A stretch of DNA of 63,971 nucleotides, counting the filler, from Choristocarpus tenellus KU-1152 (lineage: Eukaryota > Protista > Phaeophyceae): assembly GCA_964200185.2 (NCBI GenBank). It is 11 parts of 11 records of this genome, joined end to end, with 100 filler letters (N's around TTAATTAATTAA, not from the genome) between each part and the next. Parts side by side here need not be neighbours in the genome. Positions count along the whole stretch, not along the records: positions 43,023 to 56,893 come from CAXNAD020001339.1; positions 56,994 to 61,329 come from CAXNAD020015047.1; positions 61,430 to 63,971 come from CAXNAD020026913.1; 8 more parts are not named here. The stretch is one strand, 5' to 3'. The notes below the pieces were generated by a model that saw nothing but the letters and a program-made list of their open reading frames with translations, searched no databases and had not been told where the DNA came from. Both the position numbers and the translations under genes were made by a program. Shown here piece after piece: positions 52,417-63,971 of the stretch. Positions within the stretch are counted from its first letter, which is position 1. Every line of letters starts with the position of its first letter.

Positions 52417-53405
52417 ACGATCATGTGTGAAGTTGGTATTGTAGTTGTCGTTGAAGTGTAAATAATAGTTGGGTTTATGCTGGTCTCTTTCCAAATATTT
52501 GTGGGTAAGTGATGTTTTAGTTCATAAACAGAGTTAGTTGGGAATTATTAATTATGACTGTACTCAAAAGAATCATTTCTATAGTTCAGTCTGCAACTTT
52601 GTTTTTCCCAAACAAGGCAAACCCACTGATTCCGATGAGGAGACGAAGTTGGCAGAGAAGCGAGAGGTTTCTACGACTCGGTTATCCTTTGGTGGAGACC
52701 GGTCTTTTGCGATGACCCGTATCCCGTTTCGGCGTGTGATAACTCTGCCAGCGAGTCTGAGGAACTTTGTCCCTCCCCCATCTCACCTGTCCTTATCAAC
52801 CACCTATAATCCCTTGCTTAGCCCATTATATATACTGTGCGTACATACGCGGGCTGACCCCATCAATACAATGGTTCGTTCTATTTTATATTAGTTCTAT
52901 CATATCATCACCCTCACTCGGCCAGGCTTGGATGGCGACTTGTTAACACCATATCGGTCAGATCGATATGATGTGTGGCGTCGTTGAGACTCTTTTCAAA
53001 AGCTCAGGCTTTTTGGAGGAACAGACAATACACGAGGGCAATCTTCATTCAACCTGCGCATGTTGTATTCTTAGCACAACCGTACATACGACCCGAGAGG
53101 GCAACGCTCTATGTTTTATTGGCTGGTCTCACAGTGGGCAAGGTGCTACATCGGGTTGGCAAGGGGCAGAGCGACCGTGGGGAGGATATTCTATATTCGT
53201 CGTTTTCAAGATCGATATGCATTACACACTCTATTTTATCAGATGAGTCGTACAGCAAATTTTCAGGCACATAGAGAGAACTCAGGGCTGCATGAACTTC
53301 TTGACCCTAAATGTAGATATAAATTTTAAAGAGTAGAGCTCTAGAGCTCTATTCAGTGTGGATATCCAGCATCATACCACTTAGCGCAACGGCCATGCAA
53401 GGCAA

Positions 53406-53663
53406 AAGTGAAAGTATCTTAGAGGGTACGAGTTTTGCCCTTTTCGTCCATTTGGGGCTTGGCTTCCCGTGCATTTTTTAATGACATTTTCCTACTCCAA
53501 AATGTTTCGGACTAGGTAAAATGTACACGTCATGAAAAGGTGAGTCTGGAACAAGGATACTGACACTTTAAAATGAAAATGATAGCCAAAATTATTGAAA
53601 ATCGCGACATTGGAGTTTGGTCCCCAAATGGACGTGGCTGTACCCTCTAAGATACTTTGGCTC
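53406..53663 (-). mobile_element. MITE family A copy
   Basis: Full TIRs; TSD gcaa. Confidence 0.9.
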
Positions 53664-53936
53664 GCAACCAACAAGCACCTTAGCCACATTCACAACGTAA
53701 ACAGGGTGCTTGAGTCAGGGGTTGACCACAAAATGTACAACAAAGGGGAGGCGGATCCCATAACGAATGGGGGTAGGGGGGTCTGAAGACGGCTAGCTAT
53801 TGCTCGAGTTATGAGCTTCATCTTTTTGGTTTTAAACCATGCATCACAGTCTCACAGTGTTCAGTTGATCTGGAGGGTGTTAAGAAATGTTGCTCCTTGT
53901 TTCATGAAAACATCTAATAATGCCATCAGAGTTCTT

Positions 53937-54200
53937 GAGCGAAAATATCTTAGAGGGTAGAGCCTCGTCCATTTGGGGGCCAAAATCCGATGATGCGATT
54001 TTGATATAGGTTTGGCTATTGTGTTTTTTAGGAAGTGTCAATATCTATGTTCCGGACACACCTTTTCATAACGCATACATTTACCTACTCCGAAACATTT
54101 CGGATTAGGTAAAATGTGATTTTTAAAAACATGGGAAGCTTCAGCCAAGCCCAAATGGACAAACAGGGCAAAATTCGCACCCTCTGAGTTACTTTCACTC
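53937..54200 (+). mobile_element. MITE family A copy
   Basis: Full TIRs; TSD tctt. Confidence 0.9.
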
Positions 54201-56578
54201 TCTTGCTAGCTGTGGTGTGCCCCCAAAGTTGTTTCAAGTATATTATCATGCAGGGACAGGTCACTATAGCCCAACCTCTCCCTATAGATTTTTATGGTGC
54301 TTATCACGGCATAGTTCAACGCGTGTCTCCTCATGGATCACTTCATCCAGTAAAAATTGCCTTGCGAGCCAAACGAATTGAGAGGTATGCAAGTTTGAAC
54401 CCTTTTGCGTTCTACGCCATGTATTTAATCCTGTGCAATACTCTACTTTGTTGCTTTGTGTAGACAATAGCGTACGCAAAATTGACGTTCTCCCTTCTAC
54501 ACACAAAGTGACACCACATTTCAGAAAAAAGATATTTCTGCAATTGTACAGAATGGAGTCTTCCTGCCCTTTCTTGGAATCTTTAAGATATAACCTCGCC
54601 TGCCTCTCAATTGGTTTGGCTGTTGTACATAGCTTTGTGTCTCAATGCATAAAACAAAATATTCTGCCAGCAATCCCAGCAGCTTACCTTGATGGAGTAT
54701 ACAGCTCCAATCCATAAGCCTCTGGGATGATGATGAGGCTCGAAGGCGGCGCCATAATGCAAATATGGTAAACATATGCTGGATCTCTGACTTCAACACT
54801 TCAGTTCATGACTTGATTATGGTATGTAAGGGACTGAGATATGGGTAAAGAACGGTCTCACGGTGACTAAATAGAAAAAGAACAACCAAGGAGCACAACA
54901 TATAAAAGCTAGAACCTCAAGCTCATAATGATGTTTATGAAACCGTATTAAGACCCATCGCCTGTGATACGCCCCCCAGCAGGAAGCACAACTACTCCAA
55001 TGTGAAAAACAGACGGTTGGGCAAGGAAATGAAATGTCTCTCCCCGTCCTATCATGAATTCAACAGAAATGAAATGAATGCCATTTCCAGGTCCTAACAC
55101 ATCGGTAGGCAACATTGGGGATTCGGTAAAGGACGAAACCTGGAGGGAAACACCCTTCCAACGTTTGCCCCGATGGCGGATAAGTTAGCCTGATGCTCGC
55201 ACCTCACTGCACTCACTCTGCGTTTGACTTCACATTCGAGAGAAAATCTCCTACACCGAAGCCTCACACTCATGTCGGTCTACTTCCAAAATTCATCAAT
55301 TACGTACATAAACTTTGTGGTGTGCACTGGCCATCCCCCCAGATAAATTTAGCGGCCTCGAACCCCATTGAGCTACACGTCTATCAATCGAAATATAGTT
55401 TTGATGATCCAAAGTCCACGTGGTGGCAAGCAATTCCATCTTATGGGTTGTACCAGGTACCACTACTACTCTCCTGTCCCATCTGTCGCTATTCTCTTTA
55501 CATCATGAAACCTTTGGGGACCAAGAAGACGGTGGAAACACCTGTACGTAACACCCTGAACAAAAACAATGGTTCAATTAAATTTCAATAACGGCCCAAA
55601 CTCCAATAATAATTAGGTGGATGGATACACAGAAGAAATAGGAAGCATCTCTGAGCTTGTACCACACTCCAAATCTTTTGGACTTTGGACTTGGCATCAT
55701 CAATAGGTCGATAGAATTAAATTAGAGGAGGAACCAAATAGGCGATTCCAGTATTTTTATTTGTTTGTTGGGTGATACCTCACGGCTATGAGTAATCACG
55801 TCGACCAAGAACACGTGATAAGCAATCCCTATCATCCAGGTTCAGATTGCCCGTATATTTGTGACATATCGTACTGGCGAAATTTGAAAGGTCAGATGGA
55901 AAACGGCACATCTATCATCTACCATCAGGTATTTGTCAAACCCTCTCGTCAGTTTGTGTCTCAATTTCCACTCAATATTTATTTCCACACCTCGATCCAC
56001 CTACACATGCTAGAATGGGAATGAGCCTGGGCTTTAGGAAGGAGAGTGTGGCAAATAGTATGCAATTTTGTTAGATTCAACTCCTGTAGATGGATAGGCC
56101 CCGCCCAAGCTGACTGACTGCATAGCCATGTGCATGTTCAACCTTGGCACCCAACCATCATCTATATGGGGTGTTCGACCGCTGCCTATCCTGCCCACAG
56201 ACGTCCATCCATTGGTGGATGACGCTGTATTGGCATATGCGTATAGACCAGGTGTCGAAATTGGGGACGCTTCAACTGCAGTGTCAGGGTCTGCACACTA
56301 GCAGCAGGATGTACTATCGCTTCCCGTGGCTGAGCTTCGATTTTTCGACCTTGAGCTTGAGCAGGAATTGGTCCAAGGTCAGCAAGCTGGACTGGATGTG
56401 TTGTGGAATCGAAAACGACCATCCCCACACCTCTCATTTCGGGAGGTCTCAACAAAACAGGGGAAGACCGAGATAAATTTTGCGTACGGATTCCCGCAAC
56501 CGCTTTTGCAAGTTCTCGGTTGTGGTGCCAAGTCCCGCAATGGACATACCACTGGAAGGTATACTTCAACCTGGTGGA

Positions 56579-56720
56579 GGCTCAAAGTGTCTCGGTGGGG
56601 GGAGGGTTTGGACCCAACGTATCTTAGAGGGTACGAGGTTTGCCCTGTTTGTCCATTTGGGGCTTGACTTCCCACGGAGTTTTTGGGACACTTTCCTACC
56701 CCGAGATATTTCGGAGTAGG
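56579..56720 (-). mobile_element. Chimeric MITE B/A fragment, interrupted by an LTR
   Basis: B-type GGCTCAAAGTGTCTCGG, then GACCCAACGTATCTTAGAGGGTACGAG plus family A internal sequence. Confidence 0.7.
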
Positions 56721-56893
56721 TATTACAGGCGAATAGACTGAGCGTTTCTTCTTGTATTTCAACGAAGTGCAAGCTTTGTTACACGCGAATAGCGCGAGCA
56801 TTTTATCCTCGTGTTTAGGAAATACGAACATTTGTAACAGACTTAGAGTGTAAGGATTGTTTCTCGAGTTGTGACACGTACGAACTATATACG
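56721..56893 (+). mobile_element. 5' end of an LTR (29780-30377 family), truncated by the contig end
   Basis: Close reverse-complement match to 30203-30377 (TATTACAGGCGAATA.. vs TGTTACCGGCGAATA..). Confidence 0.8.
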
Positions 56894-57776
56894 NNNNNNN
56901 NNNNNNNNNNNNNNNNNNNNNNNNNNNNNNNNNNNNNTTAATTAATTAANNNNNNNNNNNNNNNNNNNNNNNNNNNNNNNNNNNNNNNNNNNNCTTCAAG
57001 CAATTCTTCAACATCTCTGTAGCTCAAAGAATACGCTGTATACCACCGTATCGCTTGCATTATTATTGCATATATAGTAGTAGTTAGTAGTTAGTATGAG
57101 AAGTAATACACTAATATTATAGTGTTTACAGGTTCTGACCACACGTCCGCATCATGTTAAATCAACAGAATAATACAGTAGTTTAAGTTATAAGGATGCG
57201 AGATCTGAATGTGTGAGATCGAATCTTACCGACGCCGCCAATATGGAACAAGTGAGTTTGTTACGTTACTGATAAGTGAGTGAGGTGTCTCTATCGCTCG
57301 ATCTCCACTCTCGAATCTTCTGTTACACCCACTCCAAAGTTTACACCTCTGTCTTTGTCCAGTACCTAATATGTGGTATAGTTACAGACAGGAGAGTACA
57401 ACAGGCGTTGCTACTAATTTTGCGCCTGCTAAACGGCCACCTCCCGAGTAGTTGAACAGGGAGAGGAAACTGGGCTTCCTGAAGAAAAAGAGGACACCAC
57501 GGGTGTGACAGTCGCCTGAGCTGACACGATTCTCAAAGTTCAACGACAATACCCTTGGACCACCTTGATGATCCTCTCGAGGAGATGGGGGGAACCCTGT
57601 CTACAATCCACATGTTCCGATCTGTTGTATGACAATGAGGAGGAGCTGACAGAAAAATCCGTGTCCGAGTCATGATTCGTGTTTGAATCATGTTTCGTGG
57701 ATGAGTCCATGTACCATGGATTGACTCGCTCTCATCAATTTTCCGTCCCCTGTCCTTATTATCTTTCACAACTTCA

Positions 57777-58059
57777 GAGCCAAAGTAAACGAGAGGTACC
57801 CAGGCTTAGGCTGTCTCATATTTTGAGTCAGTTTTTTTTATATAAGCCAGTTTTTTAATCTTTCATACAATCCATCCATATTGCTATGGACGAACTGGTA
57901 AGTTTGCCTTGAGAACGTTGATTCTCTCTATATTGCTTAAATTTTTTAAACACAATTTAGAAAATATCCTATACGCATTTGTAAGAATAGACGAATTGTG
58001 CACATATTTGTCATCATCATTAAAATGCATCTCTGGGTACCTCTCATTTACTTTGACTC
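57777..58059 (+). mobile_element. MITE family E copy
   Basis: TIR GAGCCAAAGTAAACGAGAGGTACCCAG / CTGGGTACCTCTCATTTACTTTGACTC; TSD tca. Confidence 0.85.
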
Positions 58060-58754
58060 TCAGCTAGACTTCCCTTCTCGCGCCGGAATCTTTTTCCACT
58101 CTTCGTGTAAGGCACATTTGTCAATGCTCGGAATTTTAACCGTCACCCTATGTCTGAATATATCTACTGGTGTCCCCAGTGTGAATCGTATGATTCTGTG
58201 GCAATCCGGTTCACTCAGGCAAGGGTGGCGAAGGGAATCACCAGACAAAATGGACTGGACAGACCACGACAAACCGCGATTGAGAGGACGAGGTTAAGGT
58301 CGGACATGAGGACAAGAGCCGAGGAGGTGGGGTGGATCACGGTTCAGATCCGTTTAAGAAAATAAACACATCGGAGATGGGACATCTGCCCTCAGAAAAT
58401 GTGCTCAAGAAGAGTCGTCTCAGGAACTCACGGAAACATATCCTTCCGAAGATCGTCCACAATTGAGCCGAAGTTCTCAGAGAAGAACCTCAATTGATAT
58501 GTTGGTATATGATATACGGCAATAACGGTATGATATCAGACAACCCTGCTTTCCACAGATGCAAATAATGATAACAATAATACTGGAGATGGGCAAGGAG
58601 GGGCTTGTTAGATTCTTGGGAAGCTTCCCTAGCTCCTAGCCCTGGGGTGTACGGCAAAGCTAGGTTGGAGGCATAGTAGGAGGGCAGTGGTGTAGCATAA
58701 CTGGTAGTGAAATAGTAAATAGATGACAGAAAAATGTCTTTCATAATTACGGCA

Positions 58755-58914
58755 GGCTAAAGTATCTGGGGGGGATGGTGGCTGTCCATTTGAAGACAAT
58801 TTTTTCATGTAGCGATTTTTGGGTGATCTGGTTGCATACGTCGGATGGACAATGAAAGTGCACTTTTCCTGGTTATAACCCAAATGTACCCCCCCCCCCC
58901 AGATACTTTGGGTC
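58755..58914 (-). mobile_element. MITE family B copy
   Basis: GGCTAAAGTATCTGGG ... CCAGATACTTTGGGTC; TSD gca. Confidence 0.85.
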
Positions 58915-59074
58915 GCAACAGTTACTTTTTCCACTGTTCTGATATTTGATTGGCTTTTCATTGGTTTTTCCCCCAACACATCTGGAAAATGTCAGAAGGT
59001 ATAATAAAATAATACTATCAATAAACTCAACAAACCAAATGAAGAATACAAAAAGGAACATTTTCAGTATAATA

Positions 59075-60420
59075 AGGTGATACCAGTAGCTTCGCCCTCT
59101 ATGGCAGTTCTGCTTTTTTTCACCGGAACGCCGCAACAGATATACAACAATATATATATATATATCAAATGAAAGCTTATGACAAGACCTTTTGAAGGTT
59201 TATATGCAGGAATGTAGAACTTCGGTGAACGGGAGTTATGTCCTGATAAAATAATGGAAAAAACGCTGGGGAATATCTCCGGCGCAATTTTGAAGGTCAT
59301 GACTTCAAAACTTGCAAAAATTAAGTGGTTGGCTGAACTCCTTGCAGAAAACTGGTCCGGGATAGGTCGCTGCCCAAGTTTGGCTGCGGCGGCCCTCACC
59401 GAAAAAAACCCAGAAAACCCCCCAAGAGTTCCTCTTTTCAACGCCTTTTCCAGACCTTTTGTAAGAACACACACACATGACTTACACAGCAACATGAACC
59501 ATGATGGTGAGACAAGGAGAGCCGCCGAGGCCACTCTGCCCTCTGGATCTACCCTCGGCACCTTCTCTGTCGAGAGGGGCGGGAAAAACAAGTACCATGT
59601 AAAACTCAGTGCGATGTTAGGTGACAAGAAAGTGCGAGTAGTGTGGCACAGCAGCATGATCAAATCGCGAAATGGACCACGCGGTCGCAACACTGACACT
59701 GTAGGAGATGTATTGAAAGGATTACCACACAAACGTGGCTGGATCTTCGACCATGTCGGAGCATTGCTCTGCAGTCTCTGCCGCCTCGGAAAAGCAGGAA
59801 GAGAGCGATGAGTCCATCACCAGGTGTGGTATAGTGATAAAGTCTGTGGGGAAGCCTGGTCACGGCAGGCGAAGGGAGAACCAGAGTGGCCGGTCGAAGG
59901 GAAGTTTGGAGAGGAGAGCAGTGCGACTACGTGCCATTGCACTCAGGAAACGTCTAAGGGAAAACCCGGGTGTAGTATATATCTTGGTACTCGACAGTTG
60001 CAGCAGGCCCTAGCTGTTTGGAAGCTATGTGAGCCAGAGTGGCTTAGGAAACAAGAAAGAATGTGTTAGGGTTGGGCTACAAGGGCTCTGAAACCCGACA
60101 GAAGGTAACCCATTTCCAGTGCTCAACGAGGAAATGTGATAGTAAAGGCTCTAACACTGCGAATCCTGTACCTGTATGTGAACGATGGGAAAGACTGTTA
60201 AACAGTGCTCGAGATGGCAGCAGAATAGGCGATGGTCAGGTCGGAAACTGTGAGTAAATGGGAGAGAGACTTCCTAACTAAGGGCCACATGTCGGAGCAA
60301 GGGCGCGACGAGAGGCGTTTCGTTCTGGACCTCGACGAGGACGTCCTTGCCGAGAGGTCAAAGAGTGGGTGCGCGAACACACAGGAAGAAAGGGTAGGGA
60401 GGCTTTTTTCCTGTCTAAAC
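59075..60420 (+). mobile_element. Decayed putative DNA transposase, N-terminal/HTH region
   Basis: Homologous to 14.8-16.0 kb; ends in HTH-like AAE*AMVRSETVSKWERDFLTKGHMSEQGR.ERRFVLDLDEDV. Confidence 0.45.
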
Positions 60421-60684
60421 GCTATACTTAAATCAAGTAATAGTATATGTTGTCACTCTTGGTGACCCTACAATCCAGGGTTCGAACCCCAATATGACCG
60501 CTCTTTCTTCACAAAAGAAAAAAATGGAAAAAACAGACCTTACTCGGGAGGGCATTGTGACGGGCATCACGAATATGCTTTAATTTTTTTTAATCCGATG
60601 TCTACATCAACAGTTATGAAGGGACAACCTCAGAGGGCAAAGCTACTGGTACGACTATAGTGTTGGCAGTCACCTCTAGGATGA

Positions 60685-60996
60685 GACCAGTCTTGATTTT
60701 TTTTTTAAAGGTTGGCCAACGAGTTAAACGACGATGATCAAATGAAAGCTCTGGATCTAAGCTATCACTAGTGCAATGGAATTATTTCGGAATTTTTTTT
60801 GGTAGGGTTGAATTTTAACTGAGTATTTTCGGCACAACCTTGGAAATGTTCCGGAATGAATTATCACGACCAAAAAATATATTTTTCCGAAATAATTCCT
60901 TAGCCTAAATCGATAGCTTAGATCCAGCGCTTTCATTTGACATGCTGATCATCGATTAAATCGCTGGGCAACCCTTTAAAAAAATCAAGATTGGTC
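60685..60996. mobile_element. Foldback-type MITE (~310 bp, ~115-bp inverted arms)
   Basis: GACCAGTCTTGATTTTT..CAAATGAAAGCTCTGGATCTAAGCTATC..GGAATTATTTCGGAA and its reverse complement ending ATCAAGATTGGTC. Confidence 0.75.
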
Positions 60997-62022
60997 ACCA
61001 CCAAAACGGTACGTGGGTTAACCTCGGATTAATACTGTTTAAGAAACTCATAGGACACGATTCTGGTTGAGCGTCTTGGAGGACACTGGTTGATGCTTCC
61101 AAAGTACCACTGCGAATTGAACCCGATAGAGATGGTCTGAAGGCGGGCGAAGCACTATGTTCGAGGCCACTGTGACTACACATTGCCTGGAATGAGAACC
61201 AACGTTCCTGTCAGTGTTAATTAAGTAGGGGGGGGTTGTCCAGAGTAATTGTGGAGAGGTTCTTCAGGTTGAGCACTGCTTACCACCTGATATATTCCAA
61301 CGAGAAAGGCATGGAGTGCACCAGATTGGNNNNNNNNNNNNNNNNNNNNNNNNNNNNNNNNNNNNNNNNNNNNTTAATTAATTAANNNNNNNNNNNNNNN
61401 NNNNNNNNNNNNNNNNNNNNNNNNNNNNNCGGGATGTGGTCACCTCTGCCTACAGATTGTGTTGTTGAGAGGTCAACATGATGCTTCCAATATCTACACT
61501 AGGGAGCTATGCCTGCACACTCACTCGCTGCAGTGTGTCATTCATTGCCATGATTCATTTTTTGCTGCATATTAATCAACTATTTCCCGCTTTCACTGCA
61601 GTGCCCTTTTGCCAGTAGTACAACCAAAGACACAATGAGGCTACAGTGTATCATGAAGGGCTAATTTCTGCAGTGGAGTCTCATGCTACCAGTTGAACAA
61701 TGGAGAAAATTATTTGCTGCAATGTTTTGATCAAGGATCTACTCCTAACTCTGTAGTGTCCATTTGTCAGTAATACAGCCAAGTACTCATTGGATTTCCA
61801 ATGTTTCCGTGTCTCGTATCACTGTTACTACTGTGAGGAACCTCAGCCAACTTAACAAACAGGCCAAATATTTGTTACTCGGTTGATATCACTGTTGCCA
61901 CTGTGTTGAAGAAGAGGGTAATGTATCGATTTGGGACTAGCCCAAATTTAGGCTATCCTGTTGGTCGCATTGCTGATTATTAGTATTGCGTTTCACATCC
62001 CTTAGTCTCTTTAATCATTGAT

Positions 62023-62281
62023 GAGTCAAAGCATCTTGGAGGGTAGAGCCGTGTCCATTTGGAGACCAAAATCCAATGTTGCGATTTTGATGTAATTTTG
62101 GCTATCGTGTTTGTTAGAGAGTGTCAATATACCTGTTCCGGACACACCTTTTCGTAATGTACATATTTTACCTACTCTGAACAATTTTGGAGTAGGAAAA
62201 TGGCATAAAAGAACCCACGGGAAGCCAAGCCCCAAATGGACAAACAGGGCAAAACTCGTACCCTCTAAGATACTTTCACTC
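62023..62281 (+). mobile_element. MITE family A copy in an IFT80 intron
   Basis: Full TIRs; TSD tgat/tgac. Confidence 0.9.
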
Positions 62282-62305
62282 TGACGCATCAACCTTGTGG
62301 TTCAC

Positions 62306-62927
62306 CTCTAAGTTCTCCCACTCCAAGGATCGTTCCACAACCTGTCCAAAAACAACGGTGCCATTCCCCCCTGCTCCCGCTAGCTGCGTTCCATCCGGTG
62401 TCCAGGCAATGCTGAATATGCTCCCGCTCTGGGGCCTGAATAGTGTTTGGCAGTGGGTCAAAAGGTCTGGGTTGAGGAGATTTGTTGGTCAATGTAGGAA
62501 TGCATCGCCCTCAAGAGGACATTACAAACAACAAAAACTCGAATAAATTGCTGCGACAAGAATTTTACGTCAAGGTGCCTATTAGGAACATTGAAGCATG
62601 AAAGACAGTATGTGTGGAGGTATGCGGTGTGGTTGATCAAAGTGTGCACAATTCATGTTTGATCAAAGTGTGCACAATTCATGTTTGGATTTCGCCACTA
62701 CATCCTCCGAGTAATTTGTATACTTTTTTTTTGGGATACTCAGTATATACTCGTGCTCATGTGTGTTACCTTTCTCTTGAGTGGCTCCAGCCTGTCTTGT
62801 CACAGAGGCGTAAGGTATTGAATGCCCCTACGGCAAAGCTCTCGCCGTTGGGACACCAGGAAATAGAAGTAACAACGTATCCAAGACTTCCACTTTGATA
62901 CATCTGCCGCCCAAAGCTATCCCACAC
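62306..62927 (-). CDS. IFT80: Intraflagellar transport protein 80 (WD40), internal exons 62927-62770 and 62435-62306
   Basis: [47 protein letters not shown]|[44 protein letters not shown] is a highly conserved IFT80/WDR56 segment; canonical splice sites. Confidence 0.93.
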
Positions 62928-63971
62928 CTGACATGTGCAGCGCACCAATGAATGAATATTGGAATAAGCCCTGATATATGTAGTGCATCGGCAAGATAAT
63001 ATGCTTTTCAAGCATGTTTTGGTCGCTTTCGACACGATCTACTTTTGAATGTCTTGGTTTTAGAGGGACTCTGCAAGTTTCTACCGGCATACGGAGTGCT
63101 TGTTTGCGTTTGATACATTTGAACATGGATGCATAGATCTCTGTATCTCTGAAGACGATGATGATCTTGTGTTCTTCTCTTCTTTTCTTTTCTTCTTTGC
63201 CCTGCATTGCTGCAAGGTGAGGTCGGGAGGAGTAAAGCAAGAAATGAGCAACAAGTTGAGAACCTCCAGTGGTACAATAAGCTATTCCAACAGCATTGAA
63301 CAGAGAGTCATCAAAGAAACATCTACACAGTTTTCTTTTTTATCTGTAGAACTGCGATACACTGAGGCAAGGAGGAATCTTTCAAATTTATTCACATTTT
63401 TTAAGGTCCATCGGCAAGGCAGTTTTTTTTAATACCAAGCCCCCCCTCCCCCCACCAGGATATCAAGCAATTTGCAATGAATGAATGGAGAAGTTGTGGG
63501 ATTTGAGGCCTCATACAACTTGCGATTGCCAGCATTGAGTCACCACACAACCTCTGGTCTCCAGAAGATGGTGTATGCTATGTGAATGTGCCAATTGGAA
63601 TGACAAAAAGATTTTCTGCCACTAAACATCTCCAACTGCTTGAGGGTGTTTGTACGCCTATGAGAGGAGCCAGGATAACCAGGGAACAAGTCGTGTCTTG
63701 AATTGGAATGACCATTGGAGACTGCAGTCGTGGTATATTTCCTCTCACCAATGCCAACAGATGGACCAAGGCAACGAATATGATCCATTTCAGATCCAGT
63801 GCCAATATCCAATAACACTACAACGAAACCGGAATGAGCTACTACTGTTAACCTTCTACAACCAAGGATGAGGATAGCGCTACAGACCTCTCATGCAGAG
63901 GGCACAAAAGCTCTGACTGGAGCTGGTGATTGCACAGGCATATGAACAACACACAGGGCAGACTCTCCCAT

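Noticed and set aside
50500-53300. Scattered exon-like segments on the + strand (e.g. 50519-50600, 51927-52261, 52618-52667)
   Set aside because: They could not be joined into a consistent, recognisable frame, and one is interrupted by a MITE; possibly a pseudogene but unsupported.
55000-56570. Possible decayed LINE on the minus strand
   Set aside because: No diagnostic RT or endonuclease motif was clearly recognisable.
3936-61429. Recurrent TTAATTAATTAA palindrome within N runs, and ORFs ending in ...LIN
   Set aside because: Artificial six-frame-stop contig linker. Adjacent contigs are not biological neighbours, so no cross-linker gene clusters were inferred.
4376-62281. Many short ORFs sharing [21 protein letters not shown] or DPKYLGG peptides, looking like a protein family
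   Set aside because: They are translations of the non-coding MITE A and B repeats.

Overview
Eukaryotic nuclear DNA from a fragmented assembly. Eleven small contigs are joined by ten artificial 100-nt linkers (N44-TTAATTAATTAA-N44), and there is one 10-N gap. Intron-rich genes, TTAGGG-type interstitial repeats, IFT80, a Tic110-like plastid protein and Ectocarpus-like retroelement remnants suggest a brown alga or close photosynthetic stramenopile (inference). Genes I could splice by eye: a tandem-DOMON protein (partial), a Tic110-like protein (partial), a membrane protein (partial), a glutamate-receptor-like ligand-binding region (partial), a complete 7-exon mitochondrial 2-oxoglutarate/malate carrier head-to-head with a GRAM-domain gene, IFT80 (partial) and tRNA-Leu(AAG). 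Most of the rest is transposable elements. About 20 MITE copies in four families share related G(A/G)(G/C)(C/T)CAAAGT-type termini and make mixed 3-bp and 4-bp target duplications. Also present: an LTR retrotransposon with a tRNA-Gln PBS and a CCCH (not CCHC) finger in Gag, plus mariner, RTE, CRE-like and other decayed elements. Best candidates for something undescribed are the MITE system, the CCCH/tRNA-Gln LTR element and a 27-bp repeat/variable-spacer mini-array. All protein calls are motif recognition by eye; no searches were run.
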